From: a virus
Taxonomy: Duplodnaviria; Caudoviricetes
DNA length: 54,561 bases
IMG/VR virus record: IMGVR_UViG_3300009103_000042
Location: 1-54,561 of that record
Direction: 5' to 3' (one strand)
This document shows positions 40,701 to 48,566 of this stretch, piece after piece. A program made the translations under genes and the position numbers. How positions within the stretch are numbered: the stretch's first letter is position 1; every line of letters begins with the position of its first letter. The notes below the pieces were generated by a model. The model was not told the DNA's origin, did no database searches, and saw only the letters and a program-made list of their open reading frames with translations.

Positions 40701-43700
40701 CTGGTTACAGCGAAATCTACAGTTACTGAAGGGTCTTTAGCTCGGAATCCCTTTTTGAGTTTCCTATATTCTTGCTTGGAGACCTCCATCTCTTCCTCTT
40801 TAACTGATCTTTTTGCGCTAAGTTGATCAATACCCTCTGTTACAATAATAATTTCTCCTGTAGCAGGGTCTATTGTCTTTTCTCCTTCTCTAATTTCAAG
40901 TATTCTATCTTCTATTGCTTTAACAGTTAAAGCTATTTTAGTTCCTTGAACATTGATATAAGCTCTTCCAGATTTATTAGCAAGAGCTCTTTCTGCAGCT
41001 TTCATTAAAATATCTATCTCTTCAAACTTCCTTCCTATACCTTTTTCTATTCTTTCTATCTGATCTCTTAGAGATTGAATTACTCCTTTGGTTCCTCTCT
41101 TTACTGTAAAAGTGCCGTCTTTATTTTCAGTCCTTTCTCCTTCACTATAAAGTGATTTTAGTCTAGCTTCCACTTTAAGCTCTTTCCTCATTTCTTTTGC
41201 TTCCCTTACTACATTTATTTGAGGGGAATCTATCCTATATTGATTATCGGCAGTTCCAAATACAAAACTTCCATCTTGGTTTAGAAAAGCTTTCTGGGTT
41301 ATCTCTGGATTAGTACTAGTTAATTCTATATTACCAGTTCTCGTAACCTTAGTCATTGTAAAGTTAGGAGGCATTTTTACTCCCGCATCTTTTAAAGAAG
41401 TATCTGCTAAATAGTCTTCTAAGTTGACATCTTCAGGAAGCCCTATATTTAATTCAGAAGAGTGAAGTACAGTACCTTCTAGATCTTCAAACTTAACCTC
41501 TTCTGCAAATGTATTTTTGTCCCATAATTCTTTTAAGTATCCTGAAAGTCTAGCACTTTGTTCTTTCTTATCAGGATTTTGTTTCTCTGCTTCTGCTTTT
41601 TTAGCCTCTTGTAATTGTACTTCTGCAGCAAAAGCTTGTTGCTGTAGTTTTTTATTGAGAAGATCTTTTACCTCCTGGATTCTTTGATCTCTTATTTTTT
41701 CATGCTCCCCTATTAGTTTATTGTTCTGATCTATCTTCTGTTTATCTAGTTCAGTAACCGACTCTTGGGATTCTATAGTTTCATTTTCTGCAGTATGCTC
41801 ATCCATTTTATCTTGATGAAATCTTTGCTCTGCTGATTTATAGGTCACAGCTTTTTTAATTTTCTCTATAAACTCATCCCTCTGCTTAGCATATCCTTTA
41901 TTAGGTATTTTTATATCAAAATATGTATTATCATATATATCCATAAAGTTAACGTCTTTAGCTATTTTTTCAGCTTTTTCCATTAACTCTGATTTTATCT
42001 CAGATGATCTTTCTGATATATTAATCCCTTCAGTTTCTGCCATACTCTTTGCCATACTTTCTGAAATAGCTTCTAGTTGTCCTTCTAACAGTTCCATTCC
42101 TCCTTCTATAGAAGCATAGGGAACTACTAATCTAGTCATCATATCGTTAAAAGCAGTATCATAAAGATCTTTATTATCTGCCATAGCTGCTACTTGCATA
42201 TAAAGATCTGTTAAAGTACCATCTGCGACATTTTTAAAGTATTGTTCTACTTTTAAAGGATCTATTACAGGCTGTTTAGTATCTTCATCTAGAATATATC
42301 TTAGTTTCTGCTCCCCTTCTTCATCTGTAAAAAGTTCTGTCTTATATAAATTAGTAAGATTAGCCGCAAAATCAGAATTAGTCTTTTGTAACATTTTAAA
42401 GACATTATTGGCATTCTTTTTAAATGCAGCATCTTCTCGTAGAGTTTGTATTGAACCCATTCCTCCCCCTAATAATGCTCCTATAAACATAGCTTTTTGT
42501 CCTTCTAAAGTATCCCAAGCTTCTTTATAAGAGTCTACAATACCTTCAAAGTAATCTTTATCGGTTTCTCCCAGGGCTTTGTCATTATAATAATCTTCAA
42601 TTGCAAATTGACCTCCCTCTTCAATAGCACCTTCACTAACTATTCCTGCTCCTACTGCACCTAAAAATCTTCCTAATCTAGACTTACCACTTAACTTGGG
42701 AGCTTCTTTTACTAGTTGTCCTGTTGAAGTTTTAAGTCTATTTGCCATACTTCTGAAAGGTGCAAAATTCCCCATTACTGCTTTATAAGAAAGAACATTG
42801 GGACCTATGAGTAAAGCTATATTATTAAGGAATACACTAGTTCCTGCCTCTTCTATTTTCCGGTCTGCCTCTTCTTGAGTCATTTCTCCATTTTTGACCT
42901 TCTGTGCAAATTGCATTTTAAGATTATCTACAGTTCCTGCAGATTCTGCTGCAGCTTCTAGAATTGTGTTAGCTGCCACACCTGTTATCTCATCTATTTT
43001 ATCTGCTCCTACTAATCCTGCTTTTCCTAATAATTTTAAATCTGCTGTTCCTAAAGGAGCTCCTTTGCTTACCTTATCTACTAAAGAAGCAGGTTTTCCT
43101 AACTTCATTAATTTAGCAGTATTTACTCCTCTAGCTATTTTAGCTCCAGTTCCCATTGCTTTTAGTGCAATACCTGGTGTAAACATAGATACAAGAAATC
43201 CTAGTCCATCTGCAAAATCTGTTGCCCAAAAAGAACCAGAAGTTATGGTATCCCATAAACTCCCTTTTTCTAGCAAAGGACTAGCATATACAGGTAAGTT
43301 TTCTTTTGCAGACTCGTCTATATCTTCTATGAAGTTAATCCATGAATTATCTACCATCGTTTTAATATCTCCTGTAGCTATTGCTCCTACTCCTCCTGCA
43401 GCATACCCTGGAATTTTTGCTACTTCTGTCAGAGCTTTTGATGCAAATCTTCCAAGTCCTCTTACTGCTAAATCATCCCAAGGCTGTAATCTTGATTGCA
43501 TTTCTCTCAATGCTTCTGTTCCTCCAGTAGGTTTAAAAACATCTCCTATATATTCACTATATTTTGCAGGATCATATCCGGGAAAAGTATCTATATCTCT
43601 TCTTATTCCTCCTGTTCTAGTGTGGAACTTCCTTCCTTTAGGGGGATTTATTGAAATAGGTATATCTAAATTTACTTCTTTAGAAGGTAAATTATCTTCA

Positions 43701-43741
43701 GGATCTAAAGGAGTAGGATTTAATAAGTCTTCTTTTGCCAT
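28742..43741 (-). CDS. Giant virion-associated DNA-dependent RNA polymerase (crAss-like), multidomain
   Basis: 4999 aa. NRIP and GSDFDIDKL catalytic loop (33215-33229); zincin HEAFH (37781-37795); macrodomain (~29905-30395); Gly/Ala-rich hydrophobic N-terminal segments. Confidence 0.88.
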   Translation of the reverse strand: MAKEDLLNPTPLDPEDNLPSKEVNLDIPISINPPKGRKFHTRTGGIRRDIDTFPGYDPAKYSEYIGDVFKPTGGTEALREMQSRLQPWDDLAVRGLGRFASKALTEVAKIPGYAAGGVGAIATGDIKTMVDNSWINFIEDIDESAKENLPVYASPLLEKGSLWDTITSGSFWATDFADGLGFLVSMFTPGIALKAMGTGAKIARGVNTAKLMKLGKPASLVDKVSKGAPLGTADLKLLGKAGLVGADKIDEITGVAANTILEAAAESAGTVDNLKMQFAQKVKNGEMTQEEADRKIEEAGTSVFLNNIALLIGPNVLSYKAVMGNFAPFRSMANRLKTSTGQLVKEAPKLSGKSRLGRFLGAVGAGIVSEGAIEEGGQFAIEDYYNDKALGETDKDYFEGIVDSYKEAWDTLEGQKAMFIGALLGGGMGSIQTLREDAAFKKNANNVFKMLQKTNSDFAANLTNLYKTELFTDEEGEQKLRYILDEDTKQPVIDPLKVEQYFKNVADGTLTDLYMQVAAMADNKDLYDTAFNDMMTRLVVPYASIEGGMELLEGQLEAISESMAKSMAETEGINISERSSEIKSELMEKAEKIAKDVNFMDIYDNTYFDIKIPNKGYAKQRDEFIEKIKKAVTYKSAEQRFHQDKMDEHTAENETIESQESVTELDKQKIDQNNKLIGEHEKIRDQRIQEVKDLLNKKLQQQAFAAEVQLQEAKKAEAEKQNPDKKEQSARLSGYLKELWDKNTFAEEVKFEDLEGTVLHSSELNIGLPEDVNLEDYLADTSLKDAGVKMPPNFTMTKVTRTGNIELTSTNPEITQKAFLNQDGSFVFGTADNQYRIDSPQINVVREAKEMRKELKVEARLKSLYSEGERTENKDGTFTVKRGTKGVIQSLRDQIERIEKGIGRKFEEIDILMKAAERALANKSGRAYINVQGTKIALTVKAIEDRILEIREGEKTIDPATGEIIIVTEGIDQLSAKRSVKEEEMEVSKQEYRKLKKGFRAKDPSVTVDFAVTSEKLLEEITQEIEEWSEIIKATEAKIKTVEGALGKLKALLKGAYTLYKKALETFFPTGVPILNIESIDEIAANEGLREQVDAILGASMEGRKRGIEKIEDKIQVKEAQLEELNKKLLEYKSKLNRVNPATGVLIEGSLEKALRHKKAALKRFYQEYLNLAKGVIEQPKIDPEDVILGKEDASSPESSYDKAMEKAEEEFYNPEIPVNKSALPPFYDWKSFFRTASNQELADPDSPNYDPNVGAWFKWLEEYDPASGTRSTMIYSYDILDPKLEDYVTFFVRGFRGEGAQLTKSQIKELTGEERIEALNAIREEKELKVVVVNKKSKDPVFEVGEEGDTRAVFTSLPSGVVETLYTKESGYERFSYEKYKETERNRIKKNIENYDKLDEEEKAVVDNDIEKKVESRLAKRKKEEGILWLEWRQQFFPEESGRTVKPLEMGIAYKNPGAKQIDAEVPWGPVETRIVETQEDLEKLQSEGNVFVATKTSETIGGRVYPLKKGAFYVINQGRVEYLKPKTLEESGETERVLDLLRYYARLDRTSEDSSTKQLVEMLRENLGSVMYFNYPKSDKKPQDFPYKIYMTPSTLYFGANKISVSELVNNREGAKVEELREFLNSKYHHAEVRALGKNKSKYSVFEVVDPNDLSKGLNEREYTKKEGGYLGYLLAEEDDGTSAGTAKFTTNVPPLGDPSMPQYLNSSLELSENVEVKSARVTSPEYKKNEKTKAASIAKNTKYKGRGRGRRGTGRRGTGSRKNRVIVERGDTKLTIEGEGEISSDAISSATDIFVPSSMDDAVESGFASTVAVSQNYHKNPLREELRLATENTEEYYDIFLTNIMRTGKYTEEEAKKAWDRKWSLEERMGNQKKRQVDESKEKAIKLMMEMGGLSRKEAEEKYENNKDEEDDVEDRDRLADLNRLEKVMNSKEIEWFRQKYPEVPIINIAGLIGGRSYGRLTTSLQVLLSDIATEGTLFHEAFHIVTQIFMDPAEREAMYQEVRERLKGQKVRTYNEEGTEYIEVEGENLTDDQAEEFLAEEFRSFMLAEGNYTFPESAKEEKSLFQTIWNFIKDFFNTLRGKKNEAPYTLEQIFKDIADTPSYELSNRKGELIKELDRIPREKIVTTNSKGESVVSEQEPFNETYSLTLIKDFNYKFFDQLLNNKGENASTQLLDFNESTLKNIWINTLLSYMKELDTLNKRKEPKDLGRKQLVSDIVDNFRNIREEHINFLKQYGVGIQGDLLEDLREDPETAAERETRDNRGWTESNTTSAKAIMPPAIKLIIAGLSLKEELTSDSLEEEIALLEQKLKRAKSPKNVQKEIELLQKKLEEVKGKVIDTETGKETYYSLYIEKLKKAKTKEERARIEKRYDVVTPKRKFKEKKIGKYLANATVRYGNTINKLQNELIGLNEEEVIAKILEMSYKNPEFSALIDWLKLNVPQRNLSKDDIILQTQFFNHFNMNKNNPYITLVTRDGSLILKDAVNSSSSTKLLDEWRNNIKAQDLKNTLFKKGYYGGIIIDKNKKITLSRQSGTIEELDTAKITPEDQYSLLLAMGLDIPVAFSELTDVGKLNGVDWIITTIQEKLGKGEKVSIDDIFTKEGLDVTGRIGEMVEYLSSLSGEIVDLQYVNQEGKTEYSVTLNSSLSNIIHRLNRIARKVKELKGKPDSQLLIDQYLESVEDILLPFSENNPNGNLYSTNSDWISKIKEGKEIQLVLLRGMKEMTDTGIDTSNLTHADFVAMSFNTTMKGMFPFLRAADRKLEYAFKIEGEEVDYSADLGDFLYDFKKYLIDELLTVGGLVKFGIGENVKNYRENGQDLRFFKSILPDGFIEDFKSRITTEEIQDLNDLQKITEKFVRNKERLIERRLSIYFNDSKTRIKEKLLNNRVIDNLGDVYRSNGIDTDIISNLGLDPKEITEEQLNIITDIFSYASLKANIEQTKIFTGDPAMFASIEAFHKRTTGAASTRQSSRNGGSFEIALNKEYTRADGKIYDGNARKIVYTDADAIPEEYPGEIATEGDAQGRTTLDGHREILLRQGTWREEEKTYQYEMQSFFLNMWRNKRNFNRNLVTKEMFINMFGEHTNGKMPSSPMYKGEIIDNLGDLPALPPIKPQGFGHITGLSNLQATDFTKLSLAPIMLSTLKSGDPMFERVLNMMENQIDIGVFISGEKAAAYVNNKGELQDYYDENGSPAPINENLIQSQSFQDFGIQLEIDPKGKEKTKKATQQERLLFVDLFNVGKIDLKSKDSKSKIENLREERKGLTNEYVKRERERLISKLGLEETKTGKFKLVNNDPTKFRELLLEELTRRQMPYNIMEGMNLATTSENKLMDTLITKDNIESILMGLVRNKVISTKVNGYQAVQEASTGHEKGDRVWTTIKKKDGTTQKVLTNNYLKSYTKNEDGTISPMEVEIPLPKEWNTWVSTLKYETGETTYKGLEALNKMIEEGDPRIDKKLLLITGNRIPADGLHSLDAMKVKNFLPTHFGQKIVLPTGIVIKAGSDFDIDKLSIYLPNAKMTNKGPKYVKYQTDPLTKERVEEVYDRRYGALNRRFEKLEELRANAEIVAGQDNAEVTKLLSAIFETDLDILEEEVLETTIELFKSKLNLIGYRYQDYEDLKEKIGKIPTKAEFVEKYEGKNPVVLNTKKSIENRMIEIALDTILISENYDQLLNPVAAETLKRLSSEVRTENKELKYSDLMEWSFNMEVARNNWEGIRGRAMAAIATASHSLTQIVPITIEDNHFEIYLEGQERKNGKYLMGHVKDMDGQIISNNLGEFLTAYVDVAADPFIRFLNMGQNVFPVYNMLQRFSNSTPASLETLMYFFTQPIIQDLIHQREINSSIFLKASGRNRSFNDIIEDLAFSYGGNTENFESTHYKDMREGETELEKSTAEKLVTKAKYLNSLPGRYSHLSKNKLKKVKDGIEKGNRLPEYLKVQLQVLDNFLFYEEASKSLKSFQQIARPDAALGARRSSLKIREDKIEKLKEEKFLSPKDIENHLNLTYLREYNRTQEEVIPIYSEFFFTDKYGDILINRKGDTLGDFLTKMMSPYLSKKANMSERDLYKVAQNIENALITFILHTQTSSIWKKDSKDIPRSLNEFYEDLLLTTKSPAKNIKKIDKEVRKKEKTPKGEESNMLFSKLIPLIEEYVGRRGRKRSLNNIKLLNLKYTTEELNSMTTNFLELFESGNPKMEEFAKDLMKLQLVQSGVSPSVISFGKIVPEEYFQPTSKVVIDQWIDSHIKKRSYGVEDFLENFKTNFYRGSWNNPVVVPRKNAKKVMSNRITLYTGEQIDKYDPNKTRIHIYRKDKDAGMDYLSVEGYSVSYQRVRELQKEAREAGRPYATIPTEIYLFKKVYNVDGTPLLSNNRRSYVYDRVSKLGDGMYFTEFYNNSDPSSILSYNKVSFVKSPKKKKKVPTPKDLKKAETERDKDPPIELDKIKQQKKTKSITKTRVIEGDIFNLKGIPVVTTNLGGVHGAGLAQIAASKGLIKRGDGDFKATNNVVQLPVKKHWRDSMKDNDNINLLKSGLESLVNTARSNPSKTYLLPLAGLGHGEGSVSEILPLLIKTIKSSPNIKLVLPGTGVNLGRQGTVRKDYTRKNIPKIKEMLTEAGLLGGPSTKGDIKRDMPSLFGSEVSQSPAGQAVEERMRTFLKAIGVDIKEVSRIYDRRGKVLNAHGLAKLSKKVVQITKGEKGLNQLPEEAAHFFVAMLPKESSLKKAMFDNITNYDIYQDTVEKYGDYYGGDIDAIKEEAVGKLIAKKIIDIQNGNIDNEGFSSTLSSRQQSQLNTWFGQLLRLIKNWFSKIKTDPYVKSAYKMLQADVSNLVPEVSKEVAEEEMPSLEADKTFEKEKKEASEKYLKKDPYWFDGKQYSEDKIFSNATAERIANTISQNYPSIEAKIVNIEEGKARINLYPSRKNVPGIEEIELKEAENNNKRRNNTITNVKQISGVSSSPVSSSSEAMNELMVNFEEYFPQFAHYSKEEREAIIEYMASGHIEIKCKR

Positions 43742-43746
43742 TATAT

Positions 43747-46647
43747 TTATTTTGAAGGAACTAGCTCTATATGTAAATGTCCTTGATGGTAAGCGTGCTT
43801 TATTTTGTATTTTCTATCTTTCCTCTTCATTAAAGAGTTTTTATTATTTATATATTCTATTATAGTCTTATATTCTGAAGAATCTTTTTTGACTGAGAAA
43901 TCTGCTCCAAGTCCTACAGTATGTAAACTATTTTTAGCACTGTATTTTAAACTATCGTTATAAGCTTTAGTTCTAAATAGTCCCCCTAATTCAACTTCTT
44001 TATTCTTCCCTTTAAATACTCTATCTAGTTCTTTTAAGAAATCTATCATTACAGGCTGTGCTGCAGGACCATATAAACTATCTGATAAATTAATATTTTC
44101 AAAAGTTTCCTCTAATACTGGTTCTACTTTTTCAGGAGCAATTTCTTTTGGTAATGATAGAGCTTCTATAGCTACTCTTTCTCTATATCCCTCCTTATCT
44201 TGACTAGGAAGAACACTAACACTAGTATCAATCTCTTCTTGAGGATTCCAGAAATTTGAACTAAGTTCTGCTTTTAAATTATCTCTAGATAATTCTTGCT
44301 CTGTTCCTTGAAGCTCATCATATAGCTTTATATATAAATCTTCTTCTCCTCCTGCTTTAGGAGTAAATGCACTATAAGTAGCTTCTTTTTCATCATGCTG
44401 AATTTTTATATCTCCTTCAGGATCATCGTATACTATTGCATACTCTGTACCATCTTTTAAGACTTTTAATTCTTTTTGAGTTACAGGATCTTTTAAACCT
44501 GGGATTGCTCTTACCTCTTTGGTCCCCATTGTATGTAAATTAATATTACGAAGATGAGGAGCTAGCCTCATATCAGCTAGCATTTGATGCCCTAGTTGTT
44601 GGTACTTAGGAACATTACTTTGAGCTAAAGATACTGCTATATTTCTAAATTCTGGAGTTTTAATAGCTCCATTTGTAACTTGGAAAGATTTTATTATTTT
44701 AGTGTTACCATCTTTCTCCCCTTCAACACCCAATTGATATACAGGATGTCCTGCATTATCTACTTGATTGGTAGCATAAATAAAGGTCTCTCCTGTAGGC
44801 TTATACCCGTCTATGCCATCACTGAATGCTCCAGAATTCTCGTTTATAAAGTCTTCTACTACTCCACTTGCAGCCAAGCCTGCATCACTACTACCATTAA
44901 GAACTAAACTCCATCCTGAACCGTTAGTATTTTTATATAGCAGACTATTCTGAGCATTTAGAGTTCCTATAGGACTATATCCTTTTCCAGCATCTGCTCC
45001 TGTAAATAAGTAAGGAGTTTTAGTTACTTTAAAGTTAGGATCTTCCATTGCTTTTTCCAAAGCTTCTTTTCTTTCTGCTTCTATTTGGTTCCTAATAGAA
45101 ATTTTTTGAAAATTAGCATTAGTTTCTATTTGGTTGAAAACAATAGGATCTAGATAATATATTTCTCCGGTTTCAGGATCTTCCCATGTCTTTTGATTTG
45201 ACTCATCTATAGCTGTAAGAGGACTATCCATTCTTTGACCCTGGTTATTTTTTTTCATTTGATCCGCCCTATAAATATTAATCCTATCCTCTATTATATT
45301 ATCAATATCTTCTGTAGAAATACCAGCTTGTTGATATAGTTGATTTATATTATTTTTTATAGCTTCATTTTGAGCACTTAGAGCTTGTTTTTGTATCTCT
45401 AATTCTTCTATCTTATTCCGAGTATCAGGATTATCGTTTAATTTTAAAATCTCTTTTTGCTTATTTATATCTTCTTCTAACTTCTCTATACTCTCATCGG
45501 TATCTTTTATTACTTCTTCTTGCATTTTTAATCCCTCAGGAGATTGACTTACTAAGTCATTTCCTTGAGATAAAATCATTCCTTGAACATAGTCTAAACT
45601 GCTTCCCCCACTACCACTAGACTCAGAAGGAACCCTAGTTTCTCTACTTTCTATCCTATCATCTTTAGCAAATACTCCACTTGCTATAAGTGCTTGGTCT
45701 GATACTATGCTGTCTTTAAGAGCTTCTTTATATTTATACTCTAGATAATTTTCTCTGTCAGTAGCACTGTAAGGATCATATCCTGCAATTTCCATACCTT
45801 CTATTATATCATCTTCACTTAATTTTAATGCTGAAGAGGCTAGTTCTTCAAATCCACCCGGAGTATTTCTAGCTTCTTCCATTGATTCCCATACTTTTAG
45901 TCCTGCTCTTTCTTCTAAGTAAGGCTGTAATTCTGGATTATTCCTAACAGCAGCATTAGCTAGTTCATATATAGTATTAGGAGATAATTTTGAAACTTTG
46001 AAGTCAGTTCTTTCTAATAGTTCATGACCAGAAGGTAATACTTTAAGAGCCCATTCTCCTATTTGATTGGAATTCATTTCCTCTAATTTATCTGCTACTT
46101 TAAATACTTCTTCTTGTATGTCTTGGTTTAATACTGCATATTCTAATTCTATATCTGCAAGAGCTCCTACATCTCCTACACCATGATAAGATGCTCTTTC
46201 TTTTGCTCTTTGTGTCTTGAAAGAATTCTCATTTATTTTGCCATCTTTTAGTCTTTTCTTTTCTTCTTCATAGTTTTCCCAGTATCTTTGATAATTATCT
46301 GCAGCTTTTCCTAACTGACCAGTAGCCATTTCATTCTGGTATTTTCTTCTTTCTGCTTTTATAAAAGGAAGAATTTTACCATAATCCCCTCCTACTTCTT
46401 CTATCTTGTTATTTATCCTATTGGTAAATTCTTCTTGTTTTTCTTTAACCATTGCAGCATCTTCTGCGGACCATTTTAAATATTTAGACTGCATTAATTG
46501 GTCATCTAAATCTTCTCTTAATTCTTCAGAAAGATCATATCTTTCTTGTTTCATAGCCCCTGCCTGTAGAATTTCCTGATAGGGCATAGGTACATAAGTA
46601 TTCATGTACTGTGCTTGAAAGGGCTGATCATATATATTTACTGCCAT
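43747..46647 (-). CDS. Virion cargo/ejection protein with C-terminal M15-like (LAS) peptidase
   Basis: FRTKAYN...SLH-TVGLGA-D (Hx6D)...HLHIE; coiled-coil N-terminal part. Confidence 0.7.
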   Translation of the reverse strand: MAVNIYDQPFQAQYMNTYVPMPYQEILQAGAMKQERYDLSEELREDLDDQLMQSKYLKWSAEDAAMVKEKQEEFTNRINNKIEEVGGDYGKILPFIKAERRKYQNEMATGQLGKAADNYQRYWENYEEEKKRLKDGKINENSFKTQRAKERASYHGVGDVGALADIELEYAVLNQDIQEEVFKVADKLEEMNSNQIGEWALKVLPSGHELLERTDFKVSKLSPNTIYELANAAVRNNPELQPYLEERAGLKVWESMEEARNTPGGFEELASSALKLSEDDIIEGMEIAGYDPYSATDRENYLEYKYKEALKDSIVSDQALIASGVFAKDDRIESRETRVPSESSGSGGSSLDYVQGMILSQGNDLVSQSPEGLKMQEEVIKDTDESIEKLEEDINKQKEILKLNDNPDTRNKIEELEIQKQALSAQNEAIKNNINQLYQQAGISTEDIDNIIEDRINIYRADQMKKNNQGQRMDSPLTAIDESNQKTWEDPETGEIYYLDPIVFNQIETNANFQKISIRNQIEAERKEALEKAMEDPNFKVTKTPYLFTGADAGKGYSPIGTLNAQNSLLYKNTNGSGWSLVLNGSSDAGLAASGVVEDFINENSGAFSDGIDGYKPTGETFIYATNQVDNAGHPVYQLGVEGEKDGNTKIIKSFQVTNGAIKTPEFRNIAVSLAQSNVPKYQQLGHQMLADMRLAPHLRNINLHTMGTKEVRAIPGLKDPVTQKELKVLKDGTEYAIVYDDPEGDIKIQHDEKEATYSAFTPKAGGEEDLYIKLYDELQGTEQELSRDNLKAELSSNFWNPQEEIDTSVSVLPSQDKEGYRERVAIEALSLPKEIAPEKVEPVLEETFENINLSDSLYGPAAQPVMIDFLKELDRVFKGKNKEVELGGLFRTKAYNDSLKYSAKNSLHTVGLGADFSVKKDSSEYKTIIEYINNKNSLMKRKDRKYKIKHAYHQGHLHIELVPSK

Positions 46648-46661
46648 GTCTTTGTTTTTTA

Positions 46662-48566
46662 CTATCCTTTTGTTCTTGGATTATATTTCCACCCCCAAGG
46701 AGTGTATCCATAATCAAACATATCTTTTAATAAATTACTTCTCTCAGAATCAATATCATATTGATTCTCCATTTGTTGCTGTAATTGAGCCCATTGTCCT
46801 AACTGAGAAAGCCCTGCTCCTGTGAAGGCCCTAGCAGTAGCATCTGTTCTTTTATCTATATCCCACTTTTTAGCTCTTTCTGACATTACATCTCTTCCAG
46901 CTCCATACCCTAATTGTCCTATTTGTCCATAAGCTCCTGCTAGTCCTGCTAGTGCTTGGGCCTTTTGCCTAGGATCATTCCATTGAGCATTTATGTTTTG
47001 AGCTTTAGTAAGAATTTGATCTGTTTCTTTAGCTAATTGGGCATTAGCTCTATTTTGTAAAGCAAATCTTGCAGCTCCTCCAGAAGCAGATGCTGCATTT
47101 TCCATACCAGCATCTCTTCTGCTTTTTGCAGCTACTAATTCAGGTCTTGGATTATAGAACCTTGGAGTATCTAGCCCTTCTTCAGCTTCTCCTAATAATC
47201 CTCTCATATCTCCTAAATCTCTTGCAAATTGGTCTGCATATGGGTTTGTAAATCCTGGGTAGTAATCTCTGGGCATTTGTCCCATTACAAGATTTCCAAC
47301 TGTTGGAGCTAATCCTAATGCAGCAAGTGCAGGATTTCTTTGTCTATCTCTTTCCTCAGGAGTTACAGGGGGAGGAGGAGGAGAAGTATTAGTTGTATAC
47401 TCTTCTTCATTAAAAGCAACCATAGGGACATCCTTAATATCTAATAACTCTGGAATAGGAGTATTCATATAAATATTGTTTGCAGTAGTACTAGCTGTCC
47501 CTGTTCCTCCTATACCTGCACCTGTTCCTGGAGTTGTACCTGCAGTAGAAACTCTACTATCTATCTCTGCTTGTATTTGTGCTATAGCATCTTCAGCTCC
47601 TATATCCTGTGCATCTAGTAAAGACTGTTGAAGTTCTTCATCACTTGCTGCTCCTAATCCTTCTATTTTATTAGTTCCCCCCTTATTTGGAAGTACTGTT
47701 GTCTTCTTACCTGTCTTCGGATCAGTTATTATTCTGGATATTTCTCTAAAGGTAGTATTAGAAGGAATTGTAATTGTAGGAGAAGTATGTTTTGCGGTAG
47801 AAGTTTTCTTTTTGAAAGGATCTTTTTTAGATCCTCTTCTACTCCATAGTTCATCTTTTAGTTCTTTTATTCTAGAGGAATCACTAGCAATTCCTATATC
47901 TTCTAATCCTTTTATTGTTTCTATTAGAATTTCATTATCCAAAGATTTTAAATCGTATCCTGCATCTTCAAAAGACATGGACAATTCTCCTCCTTGCTGA
48001 TAAAAGGGAGTCCCGTAATTAGGGGTCCCTTGTGTTTGACTAAACATAGGAGTCTCCATTCCTGCCCAACTTCCACCATAATCAATACCTTGATTTGCTG
48101 TAGGATTGGTATTTACAAACTGATTCAATGCCATATATTCATTCCTATCTTTTTCTAACTGGGCAGCCTCTTCTTCAGCAGCAGCCTCAGCTTCTTCTTG
48201 TGCTTTAAATTGATTACTTTGTCCTAATAAGCTAGTTCCTAGTCCTATTACCCCTCCTATTGCAGTACCTAATCCTGGCATTACTGCAGTTCCTGCACCT
48301 GCATATGTTGCAGCATTTCCTAAGGCCTGTCCCCAGTTAACATCTCCTCCACTAAAGTACATAGGCATCTCTTGTTCTCCTGCAGGTTGAGACTCAGGAT
48401 TATTTTGTTGAGATGCTTTTAATAACTCCATCCCCTGTTGTATTCTTGCTATACTTCTTTTTGCACTTTCTATATCAACAGGTTCTGTGCTTTCCTCTAA
48501 TATTTTTTCATAGTCTCCTAATTTCTTAGAAAGTTTATTTGCTAATTTACCGTATGTTGTTGCCAT
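46662..48566 (-). CDS. Virion cargo/ejection protein with glycine-zipper-like segment
   Basis: GAGTAVMPGLGTAIGGVIGLGTSLLG; Q/A-rich coiled coils; lies in the cargo gene block. Confidence 0.6.
   Translation of the reverse strand: MATTYGKLANKLSKKLGDYEKILEESTEPVDIESAKRSIARIQQGMELLKASQQNNPESQPAGEQEMPMYFSGGDVNWGQALGNAATYAGAGTAVMPGLGTAIGGVIGLGTSLLGQSNQFKAQEEAEAAAEEEAAQLEKDRNEYMALNQFVNTNPTANQGIDYGGSWAGMETPMFSQTQGTPNYGTPFYQQGGELSMSFEDAGYDLKSLDNEILIETIKGLEDIGIASDSSRIKELKDELWSRRGSKKDPFKKKTSTAKHTSPTITIPSNTTFREISRIITDPKTGKKTTVLPNKGGTNKIEGLGAASDEELQQSLLDAQDIGAEDAIAQIQAEIDSRVSTAGTTPGTGAGIGGTGTASTTANNIYMNTPIPELLDIKDVPMVAFNEEEYTTNTSPPPPPVTPEERDRQRNPALAALGLAPTVGNLVMGQMPRDYYPGFTNPYADQFARDLGDMRGLLGEAEEGLDTPRFYNPRPELVAAKSRRDAGMENAASASGGAARFALQNRANAQLAKETDQILTKAQNINAQWNDPRQKAQALAGLAGAYGQIGQLGYGAGRDVMSERAKKWDIDKRTDATARAFTGAGLSQLGQWAQLQQQMENQYDIDSERSNLLKDMFDYGYTPWGWKYNPRTKG

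Noticed and set aside
42894-43865. 323-aa + strand ORF
   Set aside because: Almost entirely antisense to the RNAP gene start; S/P/A-rich shadow composition with no motifs.
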